From positions 1-64,000 of the forward strand of contig JANPLU010000123.1 in the NCBI GenBank assembly GCA_031422435.1: a stretch of DNA of 64,000 bases, given 5' to 3'. The notes below the pieces were generated by a model. The model saw only the letters and a program-made list of their open reading frames with translations. It had not been told where the DNA came from and ran no database searches. The translations under genes were made by a program, and so were the position numbers. Below are positions 9,901 to 19,958 of the stretch, piece by piece (positions within the stretch are counted from its first letter, which is position 1; the number at the start of each line of letters is the position of its first letter). The stretch comes from Acaryochloridaceae cyanobacterium VAR_48_metabat_390. Lineage in GTDB: Bacteria; Cyanobacteriota; Cyanobacteriia; Thermosynechococcales; Thermosynechococcaceae.

Positions 9901-10695
9901 ATGCATGTTAAAAATTTTTCTAGACACACAATCAATTCTGAAAACGGTTTTTTTGGAAATAAGCCGAAGAAAAGAATAAAAAGAACAAATGGTTGGCAGA
10001 AAGTTATTAATACCCCGCAATTAAAAGGTAACGCTTATACAGCAAGGAACCTGGAAGCTGATGGATTTAATAACGAAAGACTAGATATACAAATGAAGAG
10101 AGTTAAAAAAACTTCAAGGCCTAGTTTTTTTTATTCGCAAATTGCTAAATACTTTGAGACATTCAGGCTTTTTAAATATAGCGAACGAAAGTTTGTGCCC
10201 CAACCTCTTAAGAAGGTGGCAAAGGTTGAAACTGTAGATTCTGCTACTGATATATTGGCTAAAGCCATAACTGGAAAATTTTTCAGTCGCCAAGAGCAAA
10301 TTCAACTGGAAATGGAAACCCTATCAAGACACTTTCAGCATCGACGTCAATTGCTTGAGCCATCTTTCACGGAAATCCAAGTTGCTCAACTCTTAGGTGC
10401 CTCTCCCCAGACTCCCCACGATCTCGTGAGCAGTAAAACGCTTTTGGCGATTAGAGACGACGGTAAACTCTGCTTTCCATCTTGGCAGTTCGACCCAGAA
10501 GGTCCCGATGGCGTAATCGATGGCTTGCCAGCCGTACTGAAAGCCCTAGAAATATCAGACTATGCAAAACTCAACTGGTTAACCCGCGTCAATCCTTACC
10601 TTGATAGTCAAACCCCTATTCAATCGCTCAAGTCGGGACAAAAAGAGCGCGTTCTCGCAGAAGCTTCCGCTGTCGGAGTAGGGCAGTGGTCGTAA
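9901..10695 (+). CDS. Xre/MbcA/ParS-type antitoxin (probable true start GTG at 10195)
   Basis: VAQLLG HTH-like segment, FPSWQF, and C-terminal WLTRVNPYLDSQTPIQSL typical of the MbcA/ParS toxin-binding domain; overlaps the RES gene. Confidence 0.8.
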   Translation: MHVKNFSRHTINSENGFFGNKPKKRIKRTNGWQKVINTPQLKGNAYTARNLEADGFNNERLDIQMKRVKKTSRPSFFYSQIAKYFETFRLFKYSERKFVPQPLKKVAKVETVDSATDILAKAITGKFFSRQEQIQLEMETLSRHFQHRRQLLEPSFTEIQVAQLLGASPQTPHDLVSSKTLLAIRDDGKLCFPSWQFDPEGPDGVIDGLPAVLKALEISDYAKLNWLTRVNPYLDSQTPIQSLKSGQKERVLAEASAVGVGQWS

Positions 10696-11315
10696 TTGGC
10701 AAACCGCCCCCATCAAAACCGCCTAACCCCCTTTATTGCACCCTATCCTCTGGTAGTTTCCTGCTAAGGATCTTTGACCCCACTTCCCACAATACCCAAG
10801 CGCTTACGTTTAGGCACTTCGGCCCTATAAATCGATTCGACCACCAGCGCATTTCTTCACAAGGCGGTCACACTCAAGACCCAGAGCGAGGCATTTACTA
10901 CGCCGGACTTACGCTGTCTTGTTGCTTGGTGGAATGTTTTGGTGACAGTGGGGTCATTGAACTAAAAGACCAAAAAATCTGTCGAGTAGAACTTACGCGA
11001 GACCTGACCCTACTTGACCTTAAAGACAATGGCGCAATGCGCGCAGGCTCTGTAGCAGCTTTGGCAAAAGTGGCAAATCGGCATCTCAGTCAAGAGTGGT
11101 CGTGCTATTTTTACAAGCAAACCCGTCTTTATGGACAAATTGATGGCATTAGTTTTCGTAATGCCCATAATGACGAAGAGGCGAGCGCCCTCTACGAACG
11201 CGCTCAGTCGGCTCTTATTTGCCCAGAGAATCAAATTCTACGACTCGATCATGCTAGTTTGCGCCCAGCAATCCAACAAGCAGCACTCGATAATCACCTA
11301 GATTTTCCGCCATAG
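10686..11315 (+). CDS. RES domain toxin (NAD+ phosphorylase-like)
   Basis: NRFDH...GIYYAG...CLVECFG...DGISFRNAHN...ALYER; R and E of the RES motif are evident, while the usual S position reads N. Confidence 0.85.
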   Translation: MVVIGKPPPSKPPNPLYCTLSSGSFLLRIFDPTSHNTQALTFRHFGPINRFDHQRISSQGGHTQDPERGIYYAGLTLSCCLVECFGDSGVIELKDQKICRVELTRDLTLLDLKDNGAMRAGSVAALAKVANRHLSQEWSCYFYKQTRLYGQIDGISFRNAHNDEEASALYERAQSALICPENQILRLDHASLRPAIQQAALDNHLDFPP

Positions 11316-11372
11316 TACGTTTGTGGTGGCGTTGAAAGAGGCGATCACATTTTTTGGATGATACTTGGGGTG

Positions 11373-11402
11373 GGATGGTGGCTTGGAGTGCGAGCGCCAT
11401 CC
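11373..11402. terminator. Stem-loop between convergent genes, possibly the original suf operon terminator
   Basis: GGATGGTG...CGCCATCC stem just after the downstream copy of the sufS end. Confidence 0.4.
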
Positions 11403-11414
11403 ATAAAATTCTCC

Positions 11415-11906
11415 TTAAACAATCTTCCGCGTCACCTTAAAAATGCTGTCTGGAGGTCTCTGCGCCATAGTAGTTTCCCAGGCGATTCCCCGTAAAAACG
11501 CATCGCCCGAGGGTGTTTCCACTACGTCTACGCCCCATTCTCCAGGCTGGAGAGCATCGGGGGAGGCGCTGGTAGGTGATGTGGTCTTAAGACCCCCTAA
11601 GACTAAAATGTCTGGGTTAGCACCTGAAGTGATTTGCGGCGATCGTTTCGCATCCAAAGTACGCACCTCTGCCAAGGCTTGGGCGCATAGCTCACCGACC
11701 TGTTGGGCAGAAAATTCTGGAGTTGCAAACAAAATTTCAACCGTCCAGTGGGGATGGTTGATAAGCCGACAGTGCAAGTTCGGCTGGTCACCTAACCCTG
11801 CTTGAAATACTTGTGCAAATTCTTCGCGGCTGAGCGCTGGTAGAACGTCCGGTGAGATGTCAAAGTTGTGGGAGAGAAGCATTCGCCCCTGATTTGCATT
11901 ACCCAA
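11415..11906 (-). CDS. DUF2656 family protein
   Basis: MLLSHNF...HPHW.VE...LGG.K...LQPGEWGVDVVET conserved cyanobacterial motifs. Confidence 0.8.
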   Translation of the reverse strand: MGNANQGRMLLSHNFDISPDVLPALSREEFAQVFQAGLGDQPNLHCRLINHPHWTVEILFATPEFSAQQVGELCAQALAEVRTLDAKRSPQITSGANPDILVLGGLKTTSPTSASPDALQPGEWGVDVVETPSGDAFLRGIAWETTMAQRPPDSIFKVTRKIV

Positions 11907-11952
11907 AATGGTCTATGACCTTCATTAAAGTTTGTTTTGAGAATCAGTTTTT

Positions 11953-12129
11953 ATGAGCCAACTCAGTCTAGAGCAGCCTGCGGTTCAACTGCAAAGCCCA
12001 AATGTTAAAGACCGAGTTTTGGCAATGATTGAGCTGCAAAAAGGCTACATCAGCGTCCTCGCCGCTCTACCGCTGATTCAGCAGGCGCTAGCAGATGATA
12101 ATACCCAAATTCGCGGTATGGCAGTGTAG
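11953..12129 (+). pseudogene. Truncated HEAT/PBS-lyase repeat (NblB-like) gene
   Basis: MSQLSLEQPAVQLQSPNVKDRVLAMIELQK...ALPLIQQALADDNTQIRGMAV* resembles an NblB-type N-terminus and stops after 58 aa, with sigC 57 nt downstream. Confidence 0.65.
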
Positions 12130-12186
12130 TCTCAATCTGCATCAGCCCAAATCATCACAGCTTGCCCTAATAATCTCCACCATTCA

Positions 12187-13437
12187 TTAAGCAAAGGTCT
12201 CTAGAAAATCGCGGACACGACTTCTGCGCTTGGGCTGACGCAGCTTTTGCAGCGCCTTCGACTCAATTTGGCGAACCCGCTCCCGAGATAGTTCCAAAAC
12301 CTTCCCAATTTCGGCTAGGGAATGAGACTGCCCATCCTCTAAGCCAAACCGCATCTGAATCACGTCTCGTTCGCGAGTGGTGAGTTCCGCGAGCAAGTCC
12401 TGAAGCTCCTGCTGAAGCGACTCTCGCATCATGCTCTCTTCAGGGGAAATATTGTCCGTTTCGAGTAAGTCGCCCAGCTCGGTGTCTTTATCTTTGCCGA
12501 CCTTGGTTTCGAGCGAAATGGATCGGGGTACGCGCGTCAGCAACTCCCGAATCTGGTCGGGGGTTGTCTCTAGCTCAATGGCAAGATCTTCAACGGTAGG
12601 CGTGCGCCCTTTGGCCTGCGCTAGCTTACGCTGGGCTTTTTTAAGCTTGTTGAGTTTTTCGGTAATGTGGACAGGTAGGCGAATCGTGCGGCTTTGAGTG
12701 GCGATCGCCCGCGTAATGCCCTGACGAATCCACCAGTACGCATAGGTACTAAAGCGATACCCCTTAGTGGGGTCAAACTTTTCAACCGCGCGCTCTAGCC
12801 CCAGCGTCCCTTCTTGAATCAGATCCAGTAGCTCTAGCCCTCGGTTTTGATACTTTTTCGCCACCGATACCACCAGGCGAAGGTTGGCCTGAATCATATG
12901 CTCCTTCGCTCGGATCCCATCCTTCATGACGCGATCTAAATCGCTCACCTGCCAGCCAATAGATTCGGCATAGGCGGCTTTCCCTTCTGAGATAGAGGGT
13001 TTGAGTTTCACAAACTCAATATTGGCCTCTCTGGCCCAGCGCTCTAAGGACGGACGATGGCCTAGATTACAGGTCAGGCGATCGCGCACTTCCATCAGCC
13101 GCGCATACTCAGCAATAGCAGGATGATCGCCCGTCAGCGCTTTGTTGCGCAGTACCATCAGATGCATGTAACGCTGCACCTTTTGAGCTTCTGTTACCTC
13201 TTCATCTCGACCCAAGAGACGAACCCTGCCAATTTCTTGGAGGTAAATCCGCACAAGGTCTGTGGTGCGTCGCTGCTGCCGATTGTCAGAAAACTCAAGA
13301 TGGGCTTCATCTGAGAGTTCAGCCCCATCGTCCTCTAAATTTAGCTTGAGCAAGCTTGGATCAAAATCTTCGCCAGGCTCACTAAACGGTTTTTTTAGAG
13401 ATGTTTTGTCATTGGACATAGCCAGTACCGATTGCAT
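12187..13437 (-). CDS. sigC: Group 2 RNA polymerase sigma factor SigC
   Basis: TDLVRIYLQEIGRVRLLGRDEEV, ANLRLVVSVAKKY, KFDPTKGYRFSTYAYWWIRQ. Confidence 0.88.
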   Translation of the reverse strand: MQSVLAMSNDKTSLKKPFSEPGEDFDPSLLKLNLEDDGAELSDEAHLEFSDNRQQRRTTDLVRIYLQEIGRVRLLGRDEEVTEAQKVQRYMHLMVLRNKALTGDHPAIAEYARLMEVRDRLTCNLGHRPSLERWAREANIEFVKLKPSISEGKAAYAESIGWQVSDLDRVMKDGIRAKEHMIQANLRLVVSVAKKYQNRGLELLDLIQEGTLGLERAVEKFDPTKGYRFSTYAYWWIRQGITRAIATQSRTIRLPVHITEKLNKLKKAQRKLAQAKGRTPTVEDLAIELETTPDQIRELLTRVPRSISLETKVGKDKDTELGDLLETDNISPEESMMRESLQQELQDLLAELTTRERDVIQMRFGLEDGQSHSLAEIGKVLELSRERVRQIESKALQKLRQPKRRSRVRDFLETFA

Positions 13438-13589
13438 CGTTCAGTGCGGGGATAAAGGAATAACATTTTATATATCCCTAGGTTTCCCAAAACTCAGGAA
13501 TAGCGTGCTATTGGCAAAGTTCCTTTCTAATCTCTTGTTAAGCTGGAGTGGTCTTCGCGCTTTTTTCTCGCTGCACCTCTCCATCGCCA

Positions 13590-14120
13590 ATGATGAATAC
13601 CTTTGTTTTACCTTCAGCCTTCTTTTTGACCGTACTGATCACCATTGGTCTATTTTTCTTTATCCGAGCCTCGGTCAAACCACGGCTTGAGACCGCTACT
13701 TGGTCTGTACCCCAGCCCGATCAGCAGGTCGTACAGTCTGTGACCGAATATCTAGAAGGACGCGCCTATCGACTGCAATCTGTAGACCGAGATCAAAATC
13801 AGGTGGTGTTTACAGGTCTAGTGAGCGCCAGTACAGGTCTAGCGCTGTTTCTCTCTATGCTGGCTGCGGTGGGCACTATTTGTTTAGGGCTAACGCTTTG
13901 GGTACAGTTTCCAGCTATCGGCTATTGGGGGTTTCTGAGCGTATTGGTCGCGCCTTTAGCAGGCTGTTTTTATCAAACCAAATCGACTCGACCAGAGCAG
14001 GTCATTTTATCGGTTAAAGGATTAGATGCCATCCACCAAACGCGGCTCCGCATTACTGCCCACCGTGATGAAATTGCCCTATTAGAAACGACCTTAGGAT
14101 TTCCACCTCAAGACGAATAG
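13590..14120 (+). CDS. ccb1: Cofactor assembly of complex C subunit B (CCB1/DUF3529)
   Basis: GLFFFIRASVK.R...AHRDE motifs, three TM segments. Confidence 0.8.
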   Translation: MMNTFVLPSAFFLTVLITIGLFFFIRASVKPRLETATWSVPQPDQQVVQSVTEYLEGRAYRLQSVDRDQNQVVFTGLVSASTGLALFLSMLAAVGTICLGLTLWVQFPAIGYWGFLSVLVAPLAGCFYQTKSTRPEQVILSVKGLDAIHQTRLRITAHRDEIALLETTLGFPPQDE

Positions 14121-14194
14121 CATTGCCGCGAAACGATGTGTTTTATCGCTGGGCATGATTCATCTCACCAAAATTACGAACCGGCGATCGCACG

Positions 14195-14818
14195 CTAAAG
14201 TGAAAACCCTTTCTTAAAGTCCGCTCGCGTCATGGGTTGAGAGACTTCTAACCCTTCGCCACCCAGAACCGTCAAGGGTTCTCCATCAATTGAGACCCAG
14301 ACTGGCTCTTCGGGGTTTAAGCTACTGGCGGTATAAATTACCTGACCCAGCCGCGCCTGCATAGCGGTACTGCCCCCGCCTGTCGTAAAGGACTGACTCA
14401 GGTCTACATGCACACCATCTTTCTCCACCTTAAGAGCGTTTAGCTTTGTCCCGTCTGGAATTGAGCTAGTGACGTCACTATTTGCCGGCCCTTTGAGTAA
14501 TCTTTCCACCGTAGCCTTAAGCTGTTCATCTGAAGTACCACCTTCCTTAACAGCAATCTGTACGGGTGCAAGCTCTAGCTTTTTGCCATTGCTGCGCAGC
14601 CAATAGACTTTTGCCTGTGCTTCTGTCGTTGGCTGGGTCGTAATTTCAGCAGAAGGCGTATCCGTTGGCGTCGGTTCAGCAGAAGGGATAACGGAGGTAG
14701 GCGAAGACCCTATGGTGGGCGTATCTGTCTCTAAACAGCCACTTAGCCCGAAGGGCGAAGCAGCCATTAAGATGATGCTACAAAGCACCCCTGTCCTACG
14801 TATTCTAAATTTCACCAT
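14195..14818 (-). CDS. GerMN domain lipoprotein
   Basis: LSGC lipobox; LLKGP...SSIPDGTKL...VDLSQSFTTGGGS...QVIYTA. Confidence 0.88.
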   Translation of the reverse strand: MVKFRIRRTGVLCSIILMAASPFGLSGCLETDTPTIGSSPTSVIPSAEPTPTDTPSAEITTQPTTEAQAKVYWLRSNGKKLELAPVQIAVKEGGTSDEQLKATVERLLKGPANSDVTSSIPDGTKLNALKVEKDGVHVDLSQSFTTGGGSTAMQARLGQVIYTASSLNPEEPVWVSIDGEPLTVLGGEGLEVSQPMTRADFKKGFSL

Positions 14819-14906
14819 AAACTAACCGAATCCTCCACTCCAACCTTCATTCTTAGGATACTCTGCTGCTTCACCGGACTACTGACGCAGCCGATGTGTT
14901 TTAGCA

Positions 14907-16706
14907 TCACTGCACCGCTTCGGCAATCCAGGTTTTGAGCGTCGAAACCAGCGCTGCAATAGGAATTTCGACGGAGGTTTTATCGGCGCGTTTGACCACC
15001 TCAACCTTGCCTTGCGCCAGCGATCGCCCCGTCACCACTCGATAGGGAATCCCAATCAGCTCCGAATCTTTGAACTTCACGCCTGGGCGCTCATCGCGGT
15101 CATCGAGCAGGGTTTCAATCCCTGCCGCGTTGAGGTCTTGGTAGATTTGCTCTGCCGCTTCAACTTGAGTGGCTTCTTTGAGGTTGGGGATAACGACAAT
15201 CACATGATAGGGGGCGATCGCCACAGGCCAAATAATCCCATCTTTGTCGTGAGATTGCTCTACCGCGGCCTGAGCCAGTCGAGAGACACCCACGCCATAA
15301 CAGCCCATCACCAAGGGAGATTCTTCACCCTGTTCGGTGGTGAAGGTTGCACCCAGTGCCGCTGAGTATTTGGTGCCGAGCTGAAAAATATGACCAATCT
15401 CAATGCCTCGAGCCGTTTTGAGCAGTTGGGTAGGATCATGGAGGGCGTGATCGCCCGCCGTTGCCTTGCGCACATCAACGACCCTAGCCAAAGTCAAAGA
15501 CGAACCCCAATTTGCACCGATGAGATGCTGATGGGGCGTATTGGCTCCCGTAACGAAGTTTTTTAGCTCCACCACGGTCTCGTCCGCCAAGCGCAAAAAC
15601 TGGGGCGCAACGTTAGGCTTAGCCTGAATCAGGCTATCTGCGAGGTCTGGGCCTAGATACCCTCCAGGGAGAAAACCTGCTGCCCATTGGGACTGAGATT
15701 CAGGATCGGCAATTGCCACCGTCAGAACCGTCTTCGCTCCATAGTTTCCTGCTACCTTACCTACCTCATTGAGTAGCTTGACCTCATTCACGGCCTGATC
15801 ACCGCGAATGCTGATGAGGACTAAAACTAAGTGACCGTTATCAAAGGTTGCTTGGTATAAGACATTTTTGACAATGGTTGTCGCATCGCAGTTAAGCTGC
15901 TGACAAAGCGCATCAATCGTATTCGCGTTTGGCGTGTCTTTTACTTCGGCCTTGATAAACGCTGAAACGACAGCATCGGAAGGTAAAGCAGTCGCTTTTT
16001 CTACGTTGGCGGCGTACTTTCCATCCTCCGTATAAAGCACCTCATCTTCACCCGCATCAGCTAAAACCATAAATTCGTGGGAGCCAGAGCCTCCAATTGC
16101 GCCAGAGTCTGCTTCCACCGCACGGAAGGTTAACCCCGATCGCCGCAGAATGTTGGTATACGCCTGGTACATCTGCCCGTAGGTTTCCTTGAGGCTCTCG
16201 ACATCTTTATGGAACGAATAGCCGTCCTTCATAATGAACTCGCGGCCTCGCATCAGACCAAAGCGGGGGCGAATTTCGTCGCGAAATTTGGTCTGTACCT
16301 GGTACAGATGTAGCGGAAGCTGTCGATAGGAGCGAATCATATCGCGGGCGACGGCAGTAATCACTTCTTCGTGGGTTGGTCCTAAGCCCAACTCTCGACC
16401 CTGGCGATCTTTGAGGTTAAACAGAATGCCTTCGGCTTTGTAGGTGTCCCAACGCCCTGACTCTTCCCAAAGTTCGGCGGGCTGAATTTGGGGCAGCAAA
16501 CATTCTTGTGCGCCCGTTGCGTCCATTTCTTCGCGCACAATCTGCGTTACTTTTTTGAGGACGCGCCACATGAGCGGCAAATAAGCATAAACCCCGCTAC
16601 CGATACGGCGGATATAGCCTGCCCGTAGAAGCAGCTTATGGCTTGGGATTTCTGCCTCTGCGGGGTCTTCGCGCAGAGTGACAAATAGCATTTGAGAAAG
16701 CCGCAT
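14907..16706 (-). CDS. proS: Proline--tRNA ligase
   Basis: [45 protein letters not shown]. Confidence 0.98.
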   Translation of the reverse strand: MRLSQMLFVTLREDPAEAEIPSHKLLLRAGYIRRIGSGVYAYLPLMWRVLKKVTQIVREEMDATGAQECLLPQIQPAELWEESGRWDTYKAEGILFNLKDRQGRELGLGPTHEEVITAVARDMIRSYRQLPLHLYQVQTKFRDEIRPRFGLMRGREFIMKDGYSFHKDVESLKETYGQMYQAYTNILRRSGLTFRAVEADSGAIGGSGSHEFMVLADAGEDEVLYTEDGKYAANVEKATALPSDAVVSAFIKAEVKDTPNANTIDALCQQLNCDATTIVKNVLYQATFDNGHLVLVLISIRGDQAVNEVKLLNEVGKVAGNYGAKTVLTVAIADPESQSQWAAGFLPGGYLGPDLADSLIQAKPNVAPQFLRLADETVVELKNFVTGANTPHQHLIGANWGSSLTLARVVDVRKATAGDHALHDPTQLLKTARGIEIGHIFQLGTKYSAALGATFTTEQGEESPLVMGCYGVGVSRLAQAAVEQSHDKDGIIWPVAIAPYHVIVVIPNLKEATQVEAAEQIYQDLNAAGIETLLDDRDERPGVKFKDSELIGIPYRVVTGRSLAQGKVEVVKRADKTSVEIPIAALVSTLKTWIAEAVQ

Positions 16707-16794
16707 GGATTCTTTTGGTCTGTGACGTAACGGCAGTACAATTTCCTAGTCTAGACGAGATGATGCAGTCAAAACAGGCGATTTGAGACATCAA

Positions 16795-16940
16795 CAGAAC
16801 CTCTTGCATGAATATATATCTCCCTCAGTCCCTCTCCCGTCCGGGGAGCCGGAATTAGCGCTTCTCCTCCAGTAGGAGAAGCACACTTCAAGACTTGTGT
16901 GTATGGGGTAGAGATGAGGGGTATTAGTTTTGCCAGGCAA
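16795..16940. repeat. Degenerate MITE-like repeat, same family as 36207-36358
   Basis: Shares TGCA(T/C)GAATAT, GGGGAGCC(G/A)GAATTAGC, GGAGAAG and GATGAGGGG with the copy at 36.2 kb. Confidence 0.65.
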
Positions 16941-17016
16941 ACATCTGCTCCGCAGTGATGACACCGACTACAACGATGATGTATAAGACGATCAAGCAGA
17001 GTAAGGAAACTTCATC

Positions 17017-18129
17017 GTGGTCGCAAGTCCTCCTCAAATCAAAACAGAAATTGTGACGGGCAGACGGCTTTATTGGCTACTGCTATTTGGATTGTCTGTC
17101 AATGCAGTCCTTTCAGATATTGCAGGAAGTCGCTTTCGTCAGCCGCTAGAGAGTTTCACGCTGCCCTTTGCAATCAGCATCGGTTTAGTGAGTGCCTTGG
17201 GCTACTGGGTGGTTCCTTGGCTAAGGCAGCTAAAGGCTGGTCAGGTGATTCGTGAGGATGGGCCGCAAAGCCACCTCAAAAAGGCCGGAACCCCAACTAT
17301 GGGCGGCATCTTTTTTGTGCCTGTCGCGCTGCTGCTCAGTCTAATTTGGGCTTGGACAACAGGAACGCAGGCAATGGAGGTAACGGCTGCGGCATTGCTG
17401 ACTACAGTGCTTGGGTTTGTCGGCTGGCTAGATGATTGGCAGGTGCTTCGCAAAAAGTCTAATAAGGGTTTATCGGCAAAGGTTCGCCTTGCGATCGAGT
17501 TTGGAGCAGGTGGCCTTTTTTCCCTTTGGCTCCTGCTGGAAAAGCCCAGCATTTCTACCCTTATCTTTCCCTTTGGGATTGCGCTGCCGATGGGGTTTCT
17601 ATTTTTGATTTTGGCTATTTTTGTAGTGGCAGCCGAAAGTAATGCCGTTAATTTGACGGACGGTATGGATGGGCTAGCAGCGGGGACTACGGCGATCGCC
17701 CTGTTTGGCTTAGGCCAAATCATTGCGCCTGAGTATCCAGGACTAATGCTGTTTTGCGCCTGTATGAGCGGGAGCTGCATTGGGTTTTTGACTCACAATC
17801 ACAACCCTGCCACAGTCTTCATGGGCGATACGGGTTCTTTAGCGCTAGGGGGCGCGCTGGCGGCGGTGGGCTTAATCAGCAATTCGCTCTGGGCCTTGCT
17901 GATTGTAAGTGGCCTCTTTTTGGTGGAGTCTTTGTCTGTGATTGCCCAGGTGATTTACTACAAGTCAACGAAGGACGCTGATGGAATTGGCAAGCGACTC
18001 TTTAAGATGGCTCCGATTCATCACCATTTTGAGCAGTCAGGATGGTCAGAGTCTCGTGTGGTTGCAACCTTTTATGGGGTGGTGATAGCGTTAGCGCTGC
18101 TGGCGCTCAATCTGAGCCAGTTTGCGTAA
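17017..18129 (+). CDS. mraY: Phospho-N-acetylmuramoyl-pentapeptide transferase
   Basis: KKAGTPTMGG, NAVNLTDGMDGLA, FMGDTGSLALG, MAPIHHHFE. Confidence 0.97.
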   Translation: MVASPPQIKTEIVTGRRLYWLLLFGLSVNAVLSDIAGSRFRQPLESFTLPFAISIGLVSALGYWVVPWLRQLKAGQVIREDGPQSHLKKAGTPTMGGIFFVPVALLLSLIWAWTTGTQAMEVTAAALLTTVLGFVGWLDDWQVLRKKSNKGLSAKVRLAIEFGAGGLFSLWLLLEKPSISTLIFPFGIALPMGFLFLILAIFVVAAESNAVNLTDGMDGLAAGTTAIALFGLGQIIAPEYPGLMLFCACMSGSCIGFLTHNHNPATVFMGDTGSLALGGALAAVGLISNSLWALLIVSGLFLVESLSVIAQVIYYKSTKDADGIGKRLFKMAPIHHHFEQSGWSESRVVATFYGVVIALALLALNLSQFA

Positions 18130-18172
18130 AGTCTAAAGCTTCGCAACATGCCTAGCCGTGAATCAGCTAACT

Positions 18173-19900
18173 TTAGGCTGGGAACTGCTGGGCATAAAAA
18201 CGGGCATAGCGTGAATTTTGATTCATCAACATCTCATGGGTTCCGGCCTCCACCACCTGCCCTTTCTCCAGCACCAAAATGCGATCTGCGCCTCGTACCG
18301 TAGCCAGACGATGAGCAATAATAAATACCGTTCGCCCCTGCATCAAACGCTCCAACGCCTCCTGCACTAGCGCCTCAGATTCTGAATCTAACGCCGAAGT
18401 TGCCTCATCTAAAATTAAAATGCGCGGGTCTAAAAGCACCGCACGGGCGATCGCCACTCTCTGCCGCTGCCCTCCCGAAAGATTGACGCCCCGTTCTCCC
18501 AGCACCGTGCCGTAGCCCTGAGCAAACTGAGAAATAAACTGATGGGCATTGGCAACCTTTGCGGCGGCTTCTATGGCGGAAAGATCGTAATGCGCCTGAC
18601 CAAAGGCAATATTTTGGGCGATCGTGCCTGAAAACAGCACCGTATCTTGAGGCACGATGCCAATCTGCTGACGCAGACTCTTGAGGGTTACGGTTTGGAT
18701 ATCTACCCCATCAATCAGCACCTCGCCCCTTTGCGGCTCATAAAAGCGTGGTAGCAGATTCACCAGCGTGGTTTTCCCTGCCCCGGAAGAGCCGACCAGC
18801 GCAATGACTTCCCCTGGCTGGGCAGTTAGGGTCAGTTCTTTCAGGACAGGCTGACCGGATGGGTAGGTAAAAGAAACGTTGCGGTACTCTACCTTGCCTT
18901 GGACGGTCGGAAGGGCGATCGCCGTAGCCTGCTCTATCACCGTAGGCCGTAAATGCATCAGCTCAAATACGCGATCTACAGAGGCTTCCCCCTGCTTAAA
19001 TTCGTTGTAGTTACGAGTGGTAATACTAATGGGGTCAATAAACAGAACGGCGGAAGCCGCAAAGCTAATAAACTGGCTCCCCGTGAGGTTCCCTTTAGAA
19101 ATTTGCCATCCCCCCAGTAAAGACAGTGACACAAAGCTCATTGCGGTTAGAAAGCCCACCACCGGATACTGTATTGCTGTCACCATTTCAGTAGCAAATT
19201 TTGCCTGTCGGTTGTTTTCAGCCGCTTTCACAAACCGAGCAATTTCGTAATCTTCAGCAGCAAAGGCTTTAATGAGCCGAATTCCGCTAAAAACTTCAGT
19301 TAAAAGAGTAGAAAGGTCGGCGATCTGGTTTTGGCTATGGCGCGAAAACCGCAGCAGTCGCTCGCCAAACCAGGTGATTAACAATGCCATGAGTGGGGCA
19401 ATGACGAGGGTTGCTAGCGTAAGCTGCCAGTTCAGATAGATCATGTAGCCCAAGACCGCAAGAAGCTGAAGAATGCAGGGTAGAAACTGATGGAAGAGCT
19501 TATGGATTACTTCCCCCACGCGATCAACGTCTTCAGTGAGGCGATAGACTAAATCCCCTGTTTTAGCCGTCTCAAAGTAATCTAGGTTGAGGCTTTGGAG
19601 CTGAACATAGACCCGCCGCCGCAAATCTAGGGTGATCGCCAAGGCCACTTTTGCCATTCCGGCATCCTGACCAAACTGAAATCCGCCTCTTACTGAAAAC
19701 AGACCCGCCGCAATGAGTGGCAGTCGCATCAGCGCAGCCATATTGCCTTGCCCCATATCTGTAGCAATCTGACCGATGAGGGCGGCTAATATCGGCATGG
19801 TTAAGACAAACCCGACCGAACACGCTAAAGCTACTCCTAAAGCTGGCAGTTGAGGCCGGAGATAAGGCAGCAGCAGCCAGTATTGCGATCGTGGTTTCAA
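18173..19900 (-). CDS. ABC transporter permease/ATP-binding protein (MsbA-like exporter)
   Basis: TM domain plus GSSGAGKT, LSGGQRQR, ILDEATSALD. Confidence 0.92.
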   Translation of the reverse strand: MKPRSQYWLLLPYLRPQLPALGVALACSVGFVLTMPILAALIGQIATDMGQGNMAALMRLPLIAAGLFSVRGGFQFGQDAGMAKVALAITLDLRRRVYVQLQSLNLDYFETAKTGDLVYRLTEDVDRVGEVIHKLFHQFLPCILQLLAVLGYMIYLNWQLTLATLVIAPLMALLITWFGERLLRFSRHSQNQIADLSTLLTEVFSGIRLIKAFAAEDYEIARFVKAAENNRQAKFATEMVTAIQYPVVGFLTAMSFVSLSLLGGWQISKGNLTGSQFISFAASAVLFIDPISITTRNYNEFKQGEASVDRVFELMHLRPTVIEQATAIALPTVQGKVEYRNVSFTYPSGQPVLKELTLTAQPGEVIALVGSSGAGKTTLVNLLPRFYEPQRGEVLIDGVDIQTVTLKSLRQQIGIVPQDTVLFSGTIAQNIAFGQAHYDLSAIEAAAKVANAHQFISQFAQGYGTVLGERGVNLSGGQRQRVAIARAVLLDPRILILDEATSALDSESEALVQEALERLMQGRTVFIIAHRLATVRGADRILVLEKGQVVEAGTHEMLMNQNSRYARFYAQQFPA

Positions 19901-19958
19901 GCGTTGTAGCCCAGAGACATTGTGCTTTTCATTCTCTCATCTGGGTGAACGGTAAATC

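Larger units (their letters stand above)
9009..11357. mobile_element. Small genomic islet inserted at the sufS 3' end, bounded by direct repeats
   Basis: TGAAAGAGGCGATC(G/A)CATTTTTTGG at 9009-9033 and 11333-11357 (24/25 identical); left part visibly AT-rich; no HIP1 seen inside; carries a TA pair. Confidence 0.75.
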
